A stretch of 64,000 nucleotides of DNA from Antedon mediterranea (GCF_964355755.1 NC_092675.1:9667812-9731811), one strand, 5' to 3'. Numbered from the stretch's first letter, positions 50,201-64,000 are shown. Notes: generated by a model not told the origin, from the sequence alone. Numbers and translations: made by a program.

Positions 50201-53200
50201 GAGCCGCAATGTTCGAATCATCAAAAATAACTATTTAGATATACTCGTGACTATTAGTATGGTTTGTTTAGAATTTTAAGTATTATGAGTGTTGATAAAT
50301 ACAAAAATATTTTTCGTCAGTCAAAAACAACAATATTTACTATTATTATTAGAAATGAATATTATTCCAAGCATAGTTCCCCTAAAATTATTATTTAATA
50401 TTTTTCTACTTAGAATATATTGCAGTGTAAGATGTGTTATTAAAATCAAATTTAGTTGATATTATTGATCAAATATTGAATTATAAATCTAATAAATTAT
50501 TATTTTATCCCCTGTTGTGGATCCACGTTATACGTCACCTTTAGAAACCCCATATAATAAAGGTGAATCCGTGGCCACTGTAAATCACTACAATATTACA
50601 ACAGTCATGCATAATCTCCGTTGGAATCTTTATATATTATTTACGATCATTCGCCAATGATGAGTACTATGCATATATTTTCGATTACCAGTGGGAATTT
50701 TCACAGCAGAAAATGATAAAGTTATCACTGTGCGCATACATAATCAACAGTGTTTAAACATAGATGTATGGTGCGCATTATAAACCGCTAAAATGCGTTA
50801 CATAACAGTGAAAAGGGTAACGAGATTTGGAACGCAAATCAACAAAATTACAAGTTCATTATATAAACATTATCCTACGTCCGGAACTGTGAACCAAGGA
50901 ATTGGGAATTACATATCTCTATAGTGTTTATATTTTATATATTATTATATAGTACGTATACAAGCATTACAGCCGAAAATTGTATGAAGTTATATAATGT
51001 CTATAAATAAATAAAAAAACGGCAGCCATAGGAAATCTTGTACGAAAGAGAAACGTTCCAACCGAGATGCGAAGAATTATTTTAAAATTATGTTAAGTTT
51101 TAATAAATTGTGTATTGTTTAGAAATAAAGTAACATAAATAAAGGTTACTAACTGGTATATTAATATATTTTGATGAAGACATCATTACACACTCGGTCA
51201 AAATATAAAATAAATTCAAAACGAGTAACGTGATCTGTTATAAGAATGCTATATAAAGGTGTCTCTCGTATATCACACTGACCAAACACATCCAGTAAGA
51301 GATAATATGATAAACAAAATAAAATAACTCGCGATATTATGTTAATACATTTCCACTGACCCGAGCAGAAGTCACAGCTATAAAAGTATCATAGAAAATC
51401 CCAGTGGAGCACAACTGCAAGTACATAAAATGAAATAAATCTATTGAAAATAAAATTTGATTTGAGAGATGAAAATAATTGAAGCGAAAAATCGATAAAT
51501 TGTCAGTGATTGTTAGCACAACATTTTATGTCGATATTTACATGACAGGTTTGAAATGTCAGATAAACTAAAAATACGCCCTCAATGCGTTGACACTCTA
51601 CCGAAGATTATTCGGTCTTCAGAGTAAACAGTATAATATGTACACGTTATTATAGACCATATCATTTGATTCCCAACTTTAGTTCAATACATTTTGTGTT
51701 AAGGGTTTAATTTTTAACTGCCCATGGAGGTATACCTTTTACATTTTTTGTAGGCCTATTTAGACATAATTCTTGTATTTACACAGCTATTCATAATTCC
51801 AATCCATGGATTGAGATGCGAAGGTTCTAATGATCCATTATATAAGGCTACAATTTGTATTAGTACAATAAAAGACATAATAAAATAAATAAACAATATG
51901 AACTTACCGCCCTAAGATTTTGCTGACACATCCATGAGATACCCTGAGTTGTCTTGAGATGTCACATGGTCTGACGCCACTGTGAGCAAGATCTACAATA
52001 CGTTGTCTTACCATATCAGGCAGTGGCCGTCCATTTACAAACACGCCGCCCAATTGATTCACGCCACCATGACCTAAAAGCAAGCAAACAGACGACGTTT
52101 AGCCAGAGGGCACATAAAATCAATGTTTTACAAATGACTTATTTAAGTCTAAAATCCAAATACTGCAGTCTTAAGAATTCTGAAGTATCCATAATTAGTT
52201 AATTTGATTAAAGAGACAGAACAATTGTAAAAGATAAAGCACATACGTCGATGCAAATGTAAGGAAAATCATTATGATCCATTTTGCCTAATTTCTATTA
52301 TTAGATCCAATGAGCATTACAGAATTTAAATGTTCCCGTTTGTTAACAAACGTAAGATTACATTTATGATAATCTGGGTATTTCGTATATTTCTACTAAG
52401 TTTCCCAATTGTATTTTGTTCAATCTTTAGGCTCTATATGGACCTGACAGATGGTGGGTATAAACATGGAAATTTACTTCTTGCCTCTGGGTTTGATCGT
52501 TTTAGTCTTCCCCTATCTATCTAATCAGTCAACAAGTTCAATTTGTATTTGTGCTTAGCGTAAGATACACTTTTGAAACACTTGAAGTCCATTGAGAATT
52601 AAGCACGTACTTAAGTGTGGTGATCTCTTGAGGGTCGGGATCAGCTAATTGTCCGTGTGTTATCCAGGTAATCAGGTGTGCCTAAAGTAACTAGATGTAA
52701 TCACACATGCTTAAGCACGATATTGTCTATATACCCGTAATTGATTTGTTTAATTTCTTTTGCTGTATATAAAAACAATGATTATAGGTCTAATAAAAAT
52801 GAATTTGACCAACCTCGGCCATTTGAAAATAGGCAATACGTTAACTCTATAACGTTTACATTGATGGCGAATTTGTTAGCAGGCGCGGATATATATTCCT
52901 TAAACGTTGTGTGTAATTTTTATCTTCCAACAATTTAGTTTGGTTAAACATCTCGTGAATCTTAATGACTGTCAGCAACAATATTTACCTATAGACCTAC
53001 ACAAACAAGATTTTTCATTCGTATAATATTTTGTATAGTAGGCATATAAGTAAATAAATAAGCATATCGTTAGAGTAATAATTGTTGCCGTTTTATTCTC
53101 TTAAATCGTCAGAACGATTTTATTGTGTATCGACCATCTTCAATCACCACATTCTTAACAAAATAAAAACGTTTTTCTCTTATTTGTTTTTTAAAAATTA

Positions 53201-56200
53201 AATTTAATGCTGTTGGACAATTACTCGCACACGAGTGTTTTACCCAATAACCTCATATAACCTAACACTTATTTTCTCATTCTCCTCAACATCCTGGGTT
53301 TCAAGTTATGACTTAGTTCACGTCTTCACAACTATATATAGTTATCAATATACTTTAAAATTAATTAATTAACTAGGATAACAATTAAAGGAAATGGCCA
53401 CTTACTAAAGGAAGAAATTCAAGAATGAAAAGCATGTGAAAAAATTCGCTTGTATACCAAAATAAAAATCTATTTACAACACACTGCAGAGGAAATGTAC
53501 AATAAGCGTAGAATATGTTAAAGGAAATTGAACGCAATTGAGATTAAGTTGAATACTGCTGAAAACTATTCGGAAATACTACTTGCTATTGATGGTAAAA
53601 AGACATGCGTTGACAGATGCCAGTGAACATTAGCAATAATAATTGTGAATAAAACCTTCAGGCCTTAATATTTGTAGACTTTTTAACACCATTGAAATAA
53701 AAATGTCAGGCCTAAAGAGCACGCTTTTCACGGTAAACGGCGGTCGTTGATATTCATTCTCCCGCGAGCTATTCAAACGTTATGTCTGAAATAGAACGCA
53801 CACTGTAACATTGATTATTCGTCTAAGTGAATTTGTGTTTTTTCGAATGGTTTGATTATTAATAATATATTAATAAAATCCGATAAGTATTTAATTTGAA
53901 TAAGTTAATTGTCCTTGTATGTATGTTTAGTACAACATATGAGCTTCTGTTTTGTACCTACATTAATAAATCTATAGGCTACTTTTTATGCTGTCTTTAT
54001 TGGCTTGTCATCTAGTTTCCATAAGGCCCCATACGTTACAACAACACACAATAAAAGAAACACACTTCTCTAATAACATTTAACAAATAAACAACCACTC
54101 CATTAGCTTATAAAATGAAATAAATACTTCTGAAATTACTAGAAAGTTTACTAAACACGAACGGATTTAAACTGCTGAATCTCCGTTTGTATTGACATAA
54201 AGTCTGATCATTTAGGTTTATCACAACACAATTAACGTGTCCACGTCTCATTAGTTTTACAAATAAATGACCAATAGAAGCCATCAGTTGCAATAAAATA
54301 GATGATTGTTTAGGAAAAAGAGCGTTTTAAAATCGTTTGATCTGGTTCAACGGCTATAAATAATATACTTAGAAGAAAGTTGTCTCGGTCTAGATGAAGA
54401 TGTGATAAAGAAAAAGTACGTTTAGATATGTCTATAAGAGTTGAACATCCAGGGGTGTGGTATCATAAATATAATTTCAACACTATAATACATGACACTA
54501 AGACGTTGTACTATTACGTGTGAAATAATCAGTCAAAGTAAAGGTAAAACATGTTTGAAATAGTCTTTGTTTCTACAAAGAAGTTTTTGACCATCGTAAG
54601 GAAGATAAGAACATTTAAAATTAGAAAACATGATCAAAGTATAAGATATCAATATCCACAAGAATGTGTTATTGTTTTTACTGGCTTTAGTTTAAAAAAT
54701 AACAAGATAGAACTGATCAAACCGATACACCTAATTGAAAGAAACCACAGTATTTCATTCATATAAAAATGGTAGTGAGAATTAGGTACACAAAACAAAT
54801 ACAGTACGTTTTGATATTTTCCCACTTATATAAAAGCTGACCAAATTCTTAAAAATCTAATTTGAAAGTAATGTGTTCGTTTTTTGTCGGATTGGTCCAT
54901 ATGACAAGTTTAGACCTAATGCTCAAAAGAAGATAATAATGGATGTGTGAACACTATTTTCTTCTTTAAAATGATAATGGCGTCCAAATAAATTATGTGT
55001 TTTAGTAATTAACACTTTTTTTCATGAGTATAAAAACAGGATTCGATAACAGGAAATTATTCAACGAACATTTTTATAACAATAATGTTAATCACGTATT
55101 TGAAAGTTTAATTGTTTTCTTAAACCACAAAACTTAGTTTGTTGTTTTTATTACCATATCATTTTTATTCAGATCCCTTTATGAGGAGGACCTTACCGAA
55201 GGACATTCTATTGAAGATACATAATGGGCGATGACGAGGCCCCGACAGTACAGATTATCTTTTGTTCCTAGGCCAACTGAATTATATCATCAATGGTATA
55301 TAGTTTCTAAATTCCAGTCTTTTCGGAAGTAATTATATTTTCTAACTAGTAATAGAACATTTAGTTACTCTTATTAACCGTAATGAAAACAGGGTATTTT
55401 GAGCGAACAAGTAATAATTTTTATCTAATTTTAACAATTTTTAGCCTCTTAACTTTTTGTGTGTGTTTTTGTAAATTGTATTTTATATTTTTGTATTTTG
55501 CCAGTTTTCAAATCACATTTCTGTTTTTTTAAATGGACAATAAAGTATATATGACTATATGACTATGACTATAACTAATAATTATTTTTAAAGTTGTTAT
55601 ATTTTAGTCGGTACTTAACATTGTTTTAATGTATATTCTGAATAAAGTAGGAAAGCTTAACTCGCATGTGTAGGTTAAAATGTTATAAACTTTAGAAATA
55701 ATGATATCAACGAACGAGAAGTAGAATATGATCGATAAAAGATTGGCGAGATATACTTGACAATGTCTTAAGTTATGATACTTCGATAATCTACATTTAT
55801 TATTTTATATTTAATTTCACTTCATTGCATCTTGATTCAATGTCGAAGGTATTGCGAGTGACAGTGAATTTAATTGAAAATTACTCGCCCATAAACTTAC
55901 ATAATTCTGTACATACAGCATCTGAATTAAGCCGTCAATCTGAACTGTAACGAGTAGGATGTATAAGTGTTCATATTGAATATCAAACTCATTCTATTTC
56001 ATCATTTAATATGTACGCAATTTAACAATATTACAAAAGTAAACGAAACGGTGATGGAATGAGTTCCAATAGGCACTTCCAAAACAAATCTAACAACAAT
56101 TGTAATTAGAGCATTGTATTCAATTTAACCTAACTTCATGTGATTGGTTTGGAATGTTTTGAGATGCCATTCATACATTTATGGAATACGTTCTTTCGAC

Positions 56201-58704
56201 ACTAGACTGAGCACAAACCCAGGCAGCTAAAACAATATTATGATAATTAACAGAATATTTGTTACCTTTGTTTATTTTGGACTATAAAACTGAATCCTGA
56301 CAAAATTAAAATTGGAAAACAAGCAAAATCTCGCAAGAAGAAAATGTTGTATATTCGTTTTAAATTCAGAAAACATGGCTATTGAAAGTAAATTCAATGA
56401 AGGACATTCTAAAAATCTTGATCCAGGGCCTCTATTATTGAACTTAATAATCTTAAGGTGGTTTAGTTTATCTTATGCTACGAAAGAGAATGAACAATCA
56501 CAGACTTAAAAAGATAAATATTGAATTGAAATGAAACTTAATTATATAACATACAAAGCCATCAAATAAGATCTTCGATCGTTTAAATTACACCAATAGT
56601 TGTATTATTTCAATAATGGTATTTTCAATTTTCCCAACCAAATTTCTCCAAACTATAAGATCTGAATAAATAGTGTGTCTGCCGTGTGTCGGCGGTCGGA
56701 TCCGTTTAATGCATTCGTTTGTGTCGAGATTGTACAGATAATCACAACAATAACTTTGAAGCATTCATAAAACAGAAGTTAAATCATGAACCAAAAGTCA
56801 AGGCCAGAAAAGAATCGAACAAAAAACCCCAAAGGCAGTAAGATTACAACTTCCAAGTGGTCTGAATTCCGTGTCTCTTTCTATAACTACACATAGGCCT
56901 ATACATTTAATAGAAAGTCTATCGTAAATCCAGGTTGATAATTAAAAATAGAGTACCACTTGATGAACTGGCATTATGTTAACTCTTAGCCTCATTGCAC
57001 TTTTAGTTATATAAAATTCTGATACTATAGAAACCGTCATGGGATAAGCTTACCCAGGGTACTACGGAGACATTTTACAGAAATAGGGTCTCTTAAAAAT
57101 ACTGGTGTGTTCACATTATACCATGATGCATATTACAAATTAATAAACGCAACGAATTACGACACTTTCACCAATTTATGATTATAATCACTACACAACA
57201 AGTAACTATTTTTGTACATGAACCAACGAACGTTTTCAACATTTTACCTTTTAGCCACCACGAAGCAAAAATACAAATACCCTACCCAACCCCCCAATTG
57301 GAATCGAACCACTGATAATATATTTCAATTAATTTACAGGGCTATTTTATTTCTTTGAACTTTTAATTAGACGTTAAAAAAAGCTATGGTAAAACTGCAC
57401 AGTTGACCAAATTCAAAACATTTATATCTCTATGGTTATACAAATCCACAAGTAAATTGTTGTTATTCTAGGTATTCAATTCGTTATAAATTGGCGTGTA
57501 TTATAAAATGGATAATACATCAAGGTGTGTCAAAATAGGGCAAACTATGAATTAAAACTAACAAACTGCCCACGTTAGCTTACGATAGCGTCACGCAAAC
57601 CTTGTTTATTATTCTGTTTAAATCTCGAACTTGGGTACAATGAACTACTTCATTACATAACATGATCATTGGTTCACAGATCATCACGGATTCTTAATAT
57701 GAAATCTATTTCATTCTCTATTAAATTTCCAAAAAATAAAGAAACTAGAAACATACCAATTTTCCATCGAGCTAAAACGATCTTTTCCCTTCTTGACAAA
57801 ATCATCGTGATACCAATTTTTCTTTGATTAAAAGACTAAAACACTACAAATTATTATATAGAAAAACATATCCTAATTTTTCTGCCACATGTGGGTTCTT
57901 AGTTACGCGGAAATTCTAAAAAATAAAAACATATTTGTTTTGTAGTCTTTTGCAGAAAGGTTGTTGTCGATAATGGTTGAAAAGTGACAGCTTTTGTGTC
58001 AATCAGAATGGTTGCAGTTATTAAAATACAATTTAATTTAATGAGTGCAATATGTAGAGTGTGTTAATGATAACATTGTTATGAAAAGTAAGGTAAAGTT
58101 CGACATTGTCCGGTACGCGTGTTTCCTTCCCTTAATTTTAATTTCTTAATATTTAAATAATATCCACTCATTAGCCCAAAATAATTACTGCTAATTAATC
58201 ATACTGGTAATAATGGCATAGATATTTTAGTTGATCGAGTCTCAGATCATAGTTTGTTTACTTTTTTTCTGATCAACATAAACTTTACTTTCCGAGTTTT
58301 TCACCACTGTGCGGTATACGATAGCAAGCAAGATATGCCTATATGATCTAAACATATAGGCCATCTGCTCAAAATACTATGATAGGCCTGTATTCTTTCA
58401 AACAATAATAAAAAGTATGAAACGTTTTCCAATGACATAAACAAAACTGACAACAAGGCGAAATATACGATTTTGTGGTAGCGGGTGACATGATGCGTGT
58501 ACGTGCTACGTGTTTGCTGATTATTTCAAGCCTACTATATCTAATTCATTCGTTGTTGTGATGGTTTCGTATATACATTAAAAACAACTTCGATAAATTT
58601 GTATCTTCTGATCAACACTACAATCATTAAGTAAATTGTATCGATTATCATCATTAATCATAATTATCCACACTTTTACCTGTGCATGGAATGTATAGAG
58701 TCAT
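38291..58704 (-). CDS. Pax2/5/8: Paired box protein Pax2/5/8
   Basis: Exons on the minus strand: candidate start 58704-58680 (MTLYIPCT-G, uncertain), 52073-51908, 49533-49336, 48340-48159, 41381-41179, 40810-40597, 40290-40153, 39804-39667, 39394-39299 (..[16 protein letters not shown], cf. Pax2 YNEAWRFSNPALL). The terminal exon is probably 38520-38291 (uncertain). All internal junctions are phase-consistent. Confidence 0.9.
40622..40717 (-). repeat. Coding CAA/CAG repeat: Q22 followed by [10 protein letters not shown] in Pax2/5/8
   Basis: TTG/CTG triplets on the + strand inside exon 40810-40597. Confidence 0.92.
41179..41381 (-). CDS. Pax2/5/8: Pax2/5/8 partial-homeodomain exon
   Basis: [40 protein letters not shown]; phase-1 acceptor, phase-0 donor. 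Confidence 0.85.
48159..48340 (-). CDS. Pax2/5/8: Pax2/5/8 exon with end of paired domain and octapeptide
   Basis: IVRNK...[11 protein letters not shown]; AG/GT boundaries in phase. Confidence 0.93.
49100..49265 (-). pseudogene. Decayed tandem duplicate of the 3' half of paired-domain exon B plus flanking intron
   Basis: AACTAACACTTGGTA, CTCGCAT, GCCAGCAATCTATCTCGG and TAGGGTTTTGTCG occur both at 49171-49250 and at 49346-49436. The copy has deletions, including across the donor site. Confidence 0.88.
49336..49533 (-). CDS. Pax2/5/8: Pax2/5/8 paired-domain exon B
   Basis: [66 protein letters not shown]; 198 nt. Confidence 0.97.
51908..52073 (-). CDS. Pax2/5/8: Pax2/5/8 paired-domain exon A
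   Basis: [56 protein letters not shown]; 166 nt; the Q-R-H specificity residues fit the Pax2/5/8 class. Confidence 0.97.
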
Positions 58705-61700
58705 TTTTAATTGTTACTGTATATACTGTAATATACTTTTCAACGAATTGTTTCCAGCCTTTATTGTATCTTTTACTTGAATAACTAATTTAGATTTTAT
58801 TTCGTTTTCATTCAAGTATTCTTTTATCGCGGTTTAACTCACAATCAAGAAATAATAATTAATATTATTAACTGTAGGCCTACATATTAATTTCTTTGAT
58901 TTTTGAGATATTTTAGTTCTTATTTTTAAACAACATGCAGTGATTATTATATCTACAATCAACAGTACACTACTTTTCATTTCACACAACAGTACAACGA
59001 GTCCAAAGGCAGCAAAGCGGATATTATAATAAAAGAGTTTTATATTAACTTATTTGAGATAGAAGCGCATCGAGGAGGAAAATTTAATGTTGTTCATCTT
59101 CGTATAATTCTGTTTTACCTTTATTAACTACAATTTCAATAAACGGCTATCCTAACGTTTTATTACAACACTACTTAGTAAAATTTGTCATTGGTAATTT
59201 TATTCAATTATTTCTAATATATTTATATAAACTAATGAGAGGATAGCATGATTCGAGTAGGCCGTAGCCTGTAGCAATCTAGCCGACCGCTAAGTTTCAT
59301 TCTTCATTATATCAATTCAGACTACAACTCCTGGATTATTTTTAGTTCAAGATTTTTTTTAATTGATTCATTTTCATTTCAAAAAAAGTTGTTCTAGATA
59401 ATAATAATACTGATAATAATACACACAAAACTGTCGCCACAAAGGATTGTATCATAATTATAATTAATATATATAATTTAAAGACATAATATTGTAGCTT
59501 TGTTACGGATAATCGATATTTTATTAATAATATTTGGTATTGATTATTATCATTTAATTTGTACTTCACATCGCTTATCATGTGATGCATTGATTCTTAA
59601 TCTAAAAAAATAAGTTAGAACTAAAGACCTATAACTACAAAGGTAAAGGAAAAACAACATTTTGATGGCTCTTGAAATAAAACAAAACGTTTATTGGTTT
59701 CAAAACATATGTCCATATAATAGTTCAAAAGGTTTATAGCAACAAATGTTTAGTCCCTTTTCATCAATAAAAAATATCATAAATAAAGTATTAAAAATCA
59801 AACTTATTATTTTTTACGGACATCACACGAACAAAAATATATACTGTGGCAATGTTACCGGACAAAAAATGTCGTAAATTCTCAGTAAAGTTGCAGTAAA
59901 GTTGACACTTTGAAATAATATAATAATGTACTAGAAATGAATTGGTTCAGTTGTACAAATACACTGGCTGTATTCATGGTTCCGGAAGAGCAGCGTTTAA
60001 AAGTGTCTGCTCTTCCGTGCGTCAACATATCTTGTTTGTATCATTTTACTATTTAACGCGTTTAATTACTCCTTAATGCGTTTCATTAACAATTATGGAT
60101 GATTGGATACCGATAAAAAATAAACTTTTACATACAGATACAGTATATATATAAATTCAAATTAAATTGTAGCTAAGATTTACATGTAGGGCTTCACTAG
60201 GAAAATGTCACCAGTTTTGCCAGTCAAGGGAAAGTCCTGGACCATAGAAAACAATGATGAAATGATCTACTATAACATCAATTCCATTTTTACGGAGAAA
60301 TATTACAATTGGTGAATAATAATAACGTATATTCTACACTTTAATTAAACTAGTATTAACAATACTTTCTTTCGTAAACCCGACAGGCTGTAACATGTTA
60401 GAAAGCATGCTGACTTTAATATAATACACCTGTATTATAATTAATATAATACAATATCTATAATAATATATGTAATTGGTTTTTTTTTTGTAAGTTATAA
60501 GTTCTCTTTACGTTTTAATTATTATTATAAATGCAAGTTTTCATTTTACACGTTCGATGTTAAGTAGACGGAAGCGGTCACTTTTGTACACTTGTAGTAC
60601 ACCTGTCCAAAAATTGATCATAACGTTTTTACATTTTTTAATAACGAGGATCTAGTTAAAAAAGAAAGATTCTGTATGTCAAGACGCACAGTAATTTCAG
60701 ACAAATACGAGTTTTATATCCAACTTAATGATTGTCATTTCCCGTAATTCTAATGATATTCAATAAAAGCATACCGTATACACGTGTGAGTCATAGAAAA
60801 AATGTTCATTTTATTTAATCATACTATTTATATGCTTTAAAAATACTGCGATTGTTGATTAATGTAAGAATTAATAAAAATAATGTTTAATATAACTTTT
60901 AGTTTTTATCAAGGACATTTACTCCACATGTAACAGTATGTTACACTCGCCTAAACCACAAATCGCTCAAAATCTTAAGCCTACAAACATTAGCGAACAA
61001 GTTAGTTTAATCATGGAGGAATAATTTTGATAAATGAATTCTAAATAATTCCTCAACGGTTCAATCTACTGTACATGTTATATGTATCTATGGAATTATG
61101 GTACAAAAAAGATATAAATAAATGATAAATAATTTTGTAAACATTTTTTTATTAATATAATAATATAATAATGTCGTACAGAATATGCATCATTGCGTAA
61201 AACACGTACATCAAAACTTAAGCTATCTCTTATATATTCATTGGCAAATACATTACTATTATAACCGCTGAAAAATGGAAAATTAACGCCTGGGGATCAT
61301 ACGTAAATAGGAATTTTACGGAAGTGTCCAAAAACAAATATGATTTCAATACTGTCGTTAAGTTCGCACGAGTTACACTTATTTTACATTTGATTTATGA
61401 ATATTTTATATTTCAATATATCTAACTGTAATTGATAATGATAGAGCCGTTGGTAAAGCAATGGATTTGACAATTGCTTCAAGATCAATATCCTAGTATA
61501 TTGTAAATAGTGTTTAAATGAGTTGTTATTAAGCTTATTATAAATGGCATCAACTAATTTATATGGTAATCATGTGATCCAGGAGAATCTAATGACATTT
61601 GTATTTAGTGACCTATGTTTTTGTTTGTATTGAAACAAATGATTATTTGTTTCTTAAATAATTTTAAAATTTAGTCAATATATTACAAAAAAGAGACGGT

Positions 61701-61791
61701 ACGGTACAATTATGATTTGAAATAAAAACATAGCCGGTGAAACATAAAATCAAAAAACATGCATGCAAAATAAATAACGTTGCGTATCTTA

Positions 61792-61938
61792 AGCTTTGTC
61801 TACACTATCAAACATGTGATTTACCCATATATGGACATAATGATGTCATATCACTACCATATTTTGGCGTATCACTACCATATTTGGGCACATCACACTT
61901 TTTGTTTGTCAAACTAGTTTGATAATGTAGACAGAGCT
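61792..61938. mobile_element. MITE (PIF/Harbinger-like), family A copy 2
   Basis: TTA|AGCTTTGTCTACACTATCAAAC...GTTTGATAATGTAGACAGAGCT|TTA; internal sequence matches 1805-1929 in reverse. Confidence 0.9.
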
Positions 61939-64000
61939 TTAGCAAAAAAATATAGGCCTAAACTGTTATCCGAAAGATGATCATTTGCATTTACCTGTTT
62001 TTATGTTCATTTCTTTAATTATCATTATATCCACAAAATGGTTGTTTTCAGATTTTTGCCTTTAGGTTTTTGTATGTAATTATACACAATTAAATGACTG
62101 AGAGAAACTACCAGATTATTCTCTGCTGTAAATGTTGCGGATAATATAAGTACAAAATTAAACTTTGTTTCCAAGTTGCATTTTCATTATTGTATTTTAA
62201 TCTATACTAAATTTATATAACTGAACTTATGTATTATTTTATATTATCACTTACCACTTATATTTTAGTTTTATAGAACATAGGCCCCCATGTTTTCAAA
62301 CTCAAAATGTTGTAGTCTTTTCTGTAAGTTCACTATCACAGAAGCTGGCTTACATTACGAGCAGCATGTACATCTTAAACAGCCCCCAGACATTGTTATT
62401 AGTTTGCTTTTACGCGATTATAGAAGCTACCAGAAGCGATATACATTGTGATTATATTGTATCATTTTTATTGGGTAAGTATCAAAGGTGTATCGTTATA
62501 TGAATTACAGTATGCTTTGTTTAACATAATAATCGCCAGGAAACGGTTATGTAGTTTTCATTTGGGTTTCCGAGTATGACCTATTTGTAAAGATGCTTCA
62601 GACGTAGTAAAATAAGTTTATGTATTTAAAATCAATGTGTCTTCTAAAATATGTTTGTGATGCCATTTTCAGGCGCCATCCTAATAATAGAGAAATTTAA
62701 ATATAGGAAATAAAACAAAATGGGGTTATCTCAATTTCTCTTACATTCTTCTTGAAATAAATATATAGTAAATCATCATTTATATATATCTCGCTGTATA
62801 AGAACTTTCTTTTGATTAAATTATTTGAAGCTAAATATTTTCCACGTCCGGTTTCGCATCATTTTAGACTTTCATCGATTGTAGGCCTAATATACCTTTA
62901 CAATGCAATATGAAATGACACAGACAAAATGACTTTCTAATATTGCAACCTGTGTCGGTGTGTCGGTAATATGAATGAAGCAAGAGGCACCTAAAGGCTG
63001 TAAAGAAGTTAACGAATAAAACGTGAATAACACCAGACTCATTGTAATAGATTACAAAAAAAAAGGATTATTTTCAGTAAAATACAATTGCACCTTGTGG
63101 TCTAGGCCTGTTGTTTAATGTTTGTATTGTGGTTACTAACGCTTTGTCAACGGGTTAAAGACGGCTTTTTTCACGTTCGATTGCCTCGTGCACATGTAGG
63201 GCCTGAAACATGAAGCCTCCGTCAAGATTAACAATTTAGTTAACAAGATATAATCTGCAGCTTATATTTGATAGAAATTTAAGCTGATGTTTATTTAACT
63301 TAACGGAAGGAGCGGAATTGTAGGCCTATCTAGCTTCAATTGGCGAATGTCTTACACTTGCAACTTACAGCAACGAATATTGTGTTTAAATTGTCAGCGT
63401 GTAACAAAAATTCGTAAGGTATTATTAGGCTATGATTATATAATATTCATACATATAAGTACAATAATCTACAATAATTTACCTAATTAATAATGGGCCT
63501 ATGTCTATATATTGAGATTTATATTTATCATACACATTCAATATAGGCTTGTCTTTTTATTTTTTAGAGGCTTACGGTATATTATTTATTATAGTTCTTT
63601 AAAATTGCCAATATTTCAGATTAATGAATATAATATTTGTAACTACATCGATCTAAATAATGCCTGACGAAGGAATAGCCTTGGTACGTTCTTTCTGGCG
63701 GTTTTACATTACCGTTTTATTTAGTTTTTACGTAGGGCTTTAGTATATTATTTAGTTCCATTGAGATCCAGAAACGAATAGGCCTACCCACATCATTGTT
63801 TTCCGGTAATTTGCCTTTAAATTTAAATAATGTCTATGTTTAGCCTGTAGGCTTAATTTGTAATAAACAGAAAACTACAATTAATTTTTTCTCAAGTTAA
63901 TGTGACAGAGTAATGTAAAACGTCATTGTTTTTATTAAACATAATAGAAAATTTTATTATGTAATAGCTGTCAGAATTCATGGGGATTCCCCACTATGCG

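Noticed and set aside
41400-64000. The many 60-95 aa ORFs in the ORF track
   Set aside because: They are low-complexity I/L/F/K/N-rich translations expected from AT-rich non-coding DNA, many with non-ATG starts.

Overview
AT-rich, intron-rich animal genomic DNA; the repeat types and abundant TAGGCCTA suggest an invertebrate deuterostome, possibly an echinoderm (inference). Three spliced genes were reconstructed by hand from GT-AG sites and phase continuity. (1) The last five coding exons of LRPAP1/RAP (+, 287-4553), ending in HNEL. (2) An apparently complete PIK3AP1/BCAP (BANK1/Dof family) adaptor gene (+, 7913-33884) with TIR, DBB, ankyrin, coiled-coil and Pro-rich regions and seven YxxM motifs. 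(3) A convergent Pax2/5/8 gene (-, about 58704 to 38291) with paired box, octapeptide, relic homeodomain and polyQ. The most unusual element is a 2.26-kb pol-less LTR retroelement in a BCAP intron (11636-13896; ATAG target-site duplication, PPT, full 3' LTR, truncated 5' LTR). Its single intact 367-aa ORF joins a Gag capsid domain to a C4HC3-type (PHD/RINGv-like) zinc finger. Also present are a 5S+tRNA+Deu/Nin-like composite SINE, several MITE families, LINE tails, a decayed duplicate of a paired-box exon and tandemly duplicated YTTM exons. All family assignments come from remembered motifs, not database searches.
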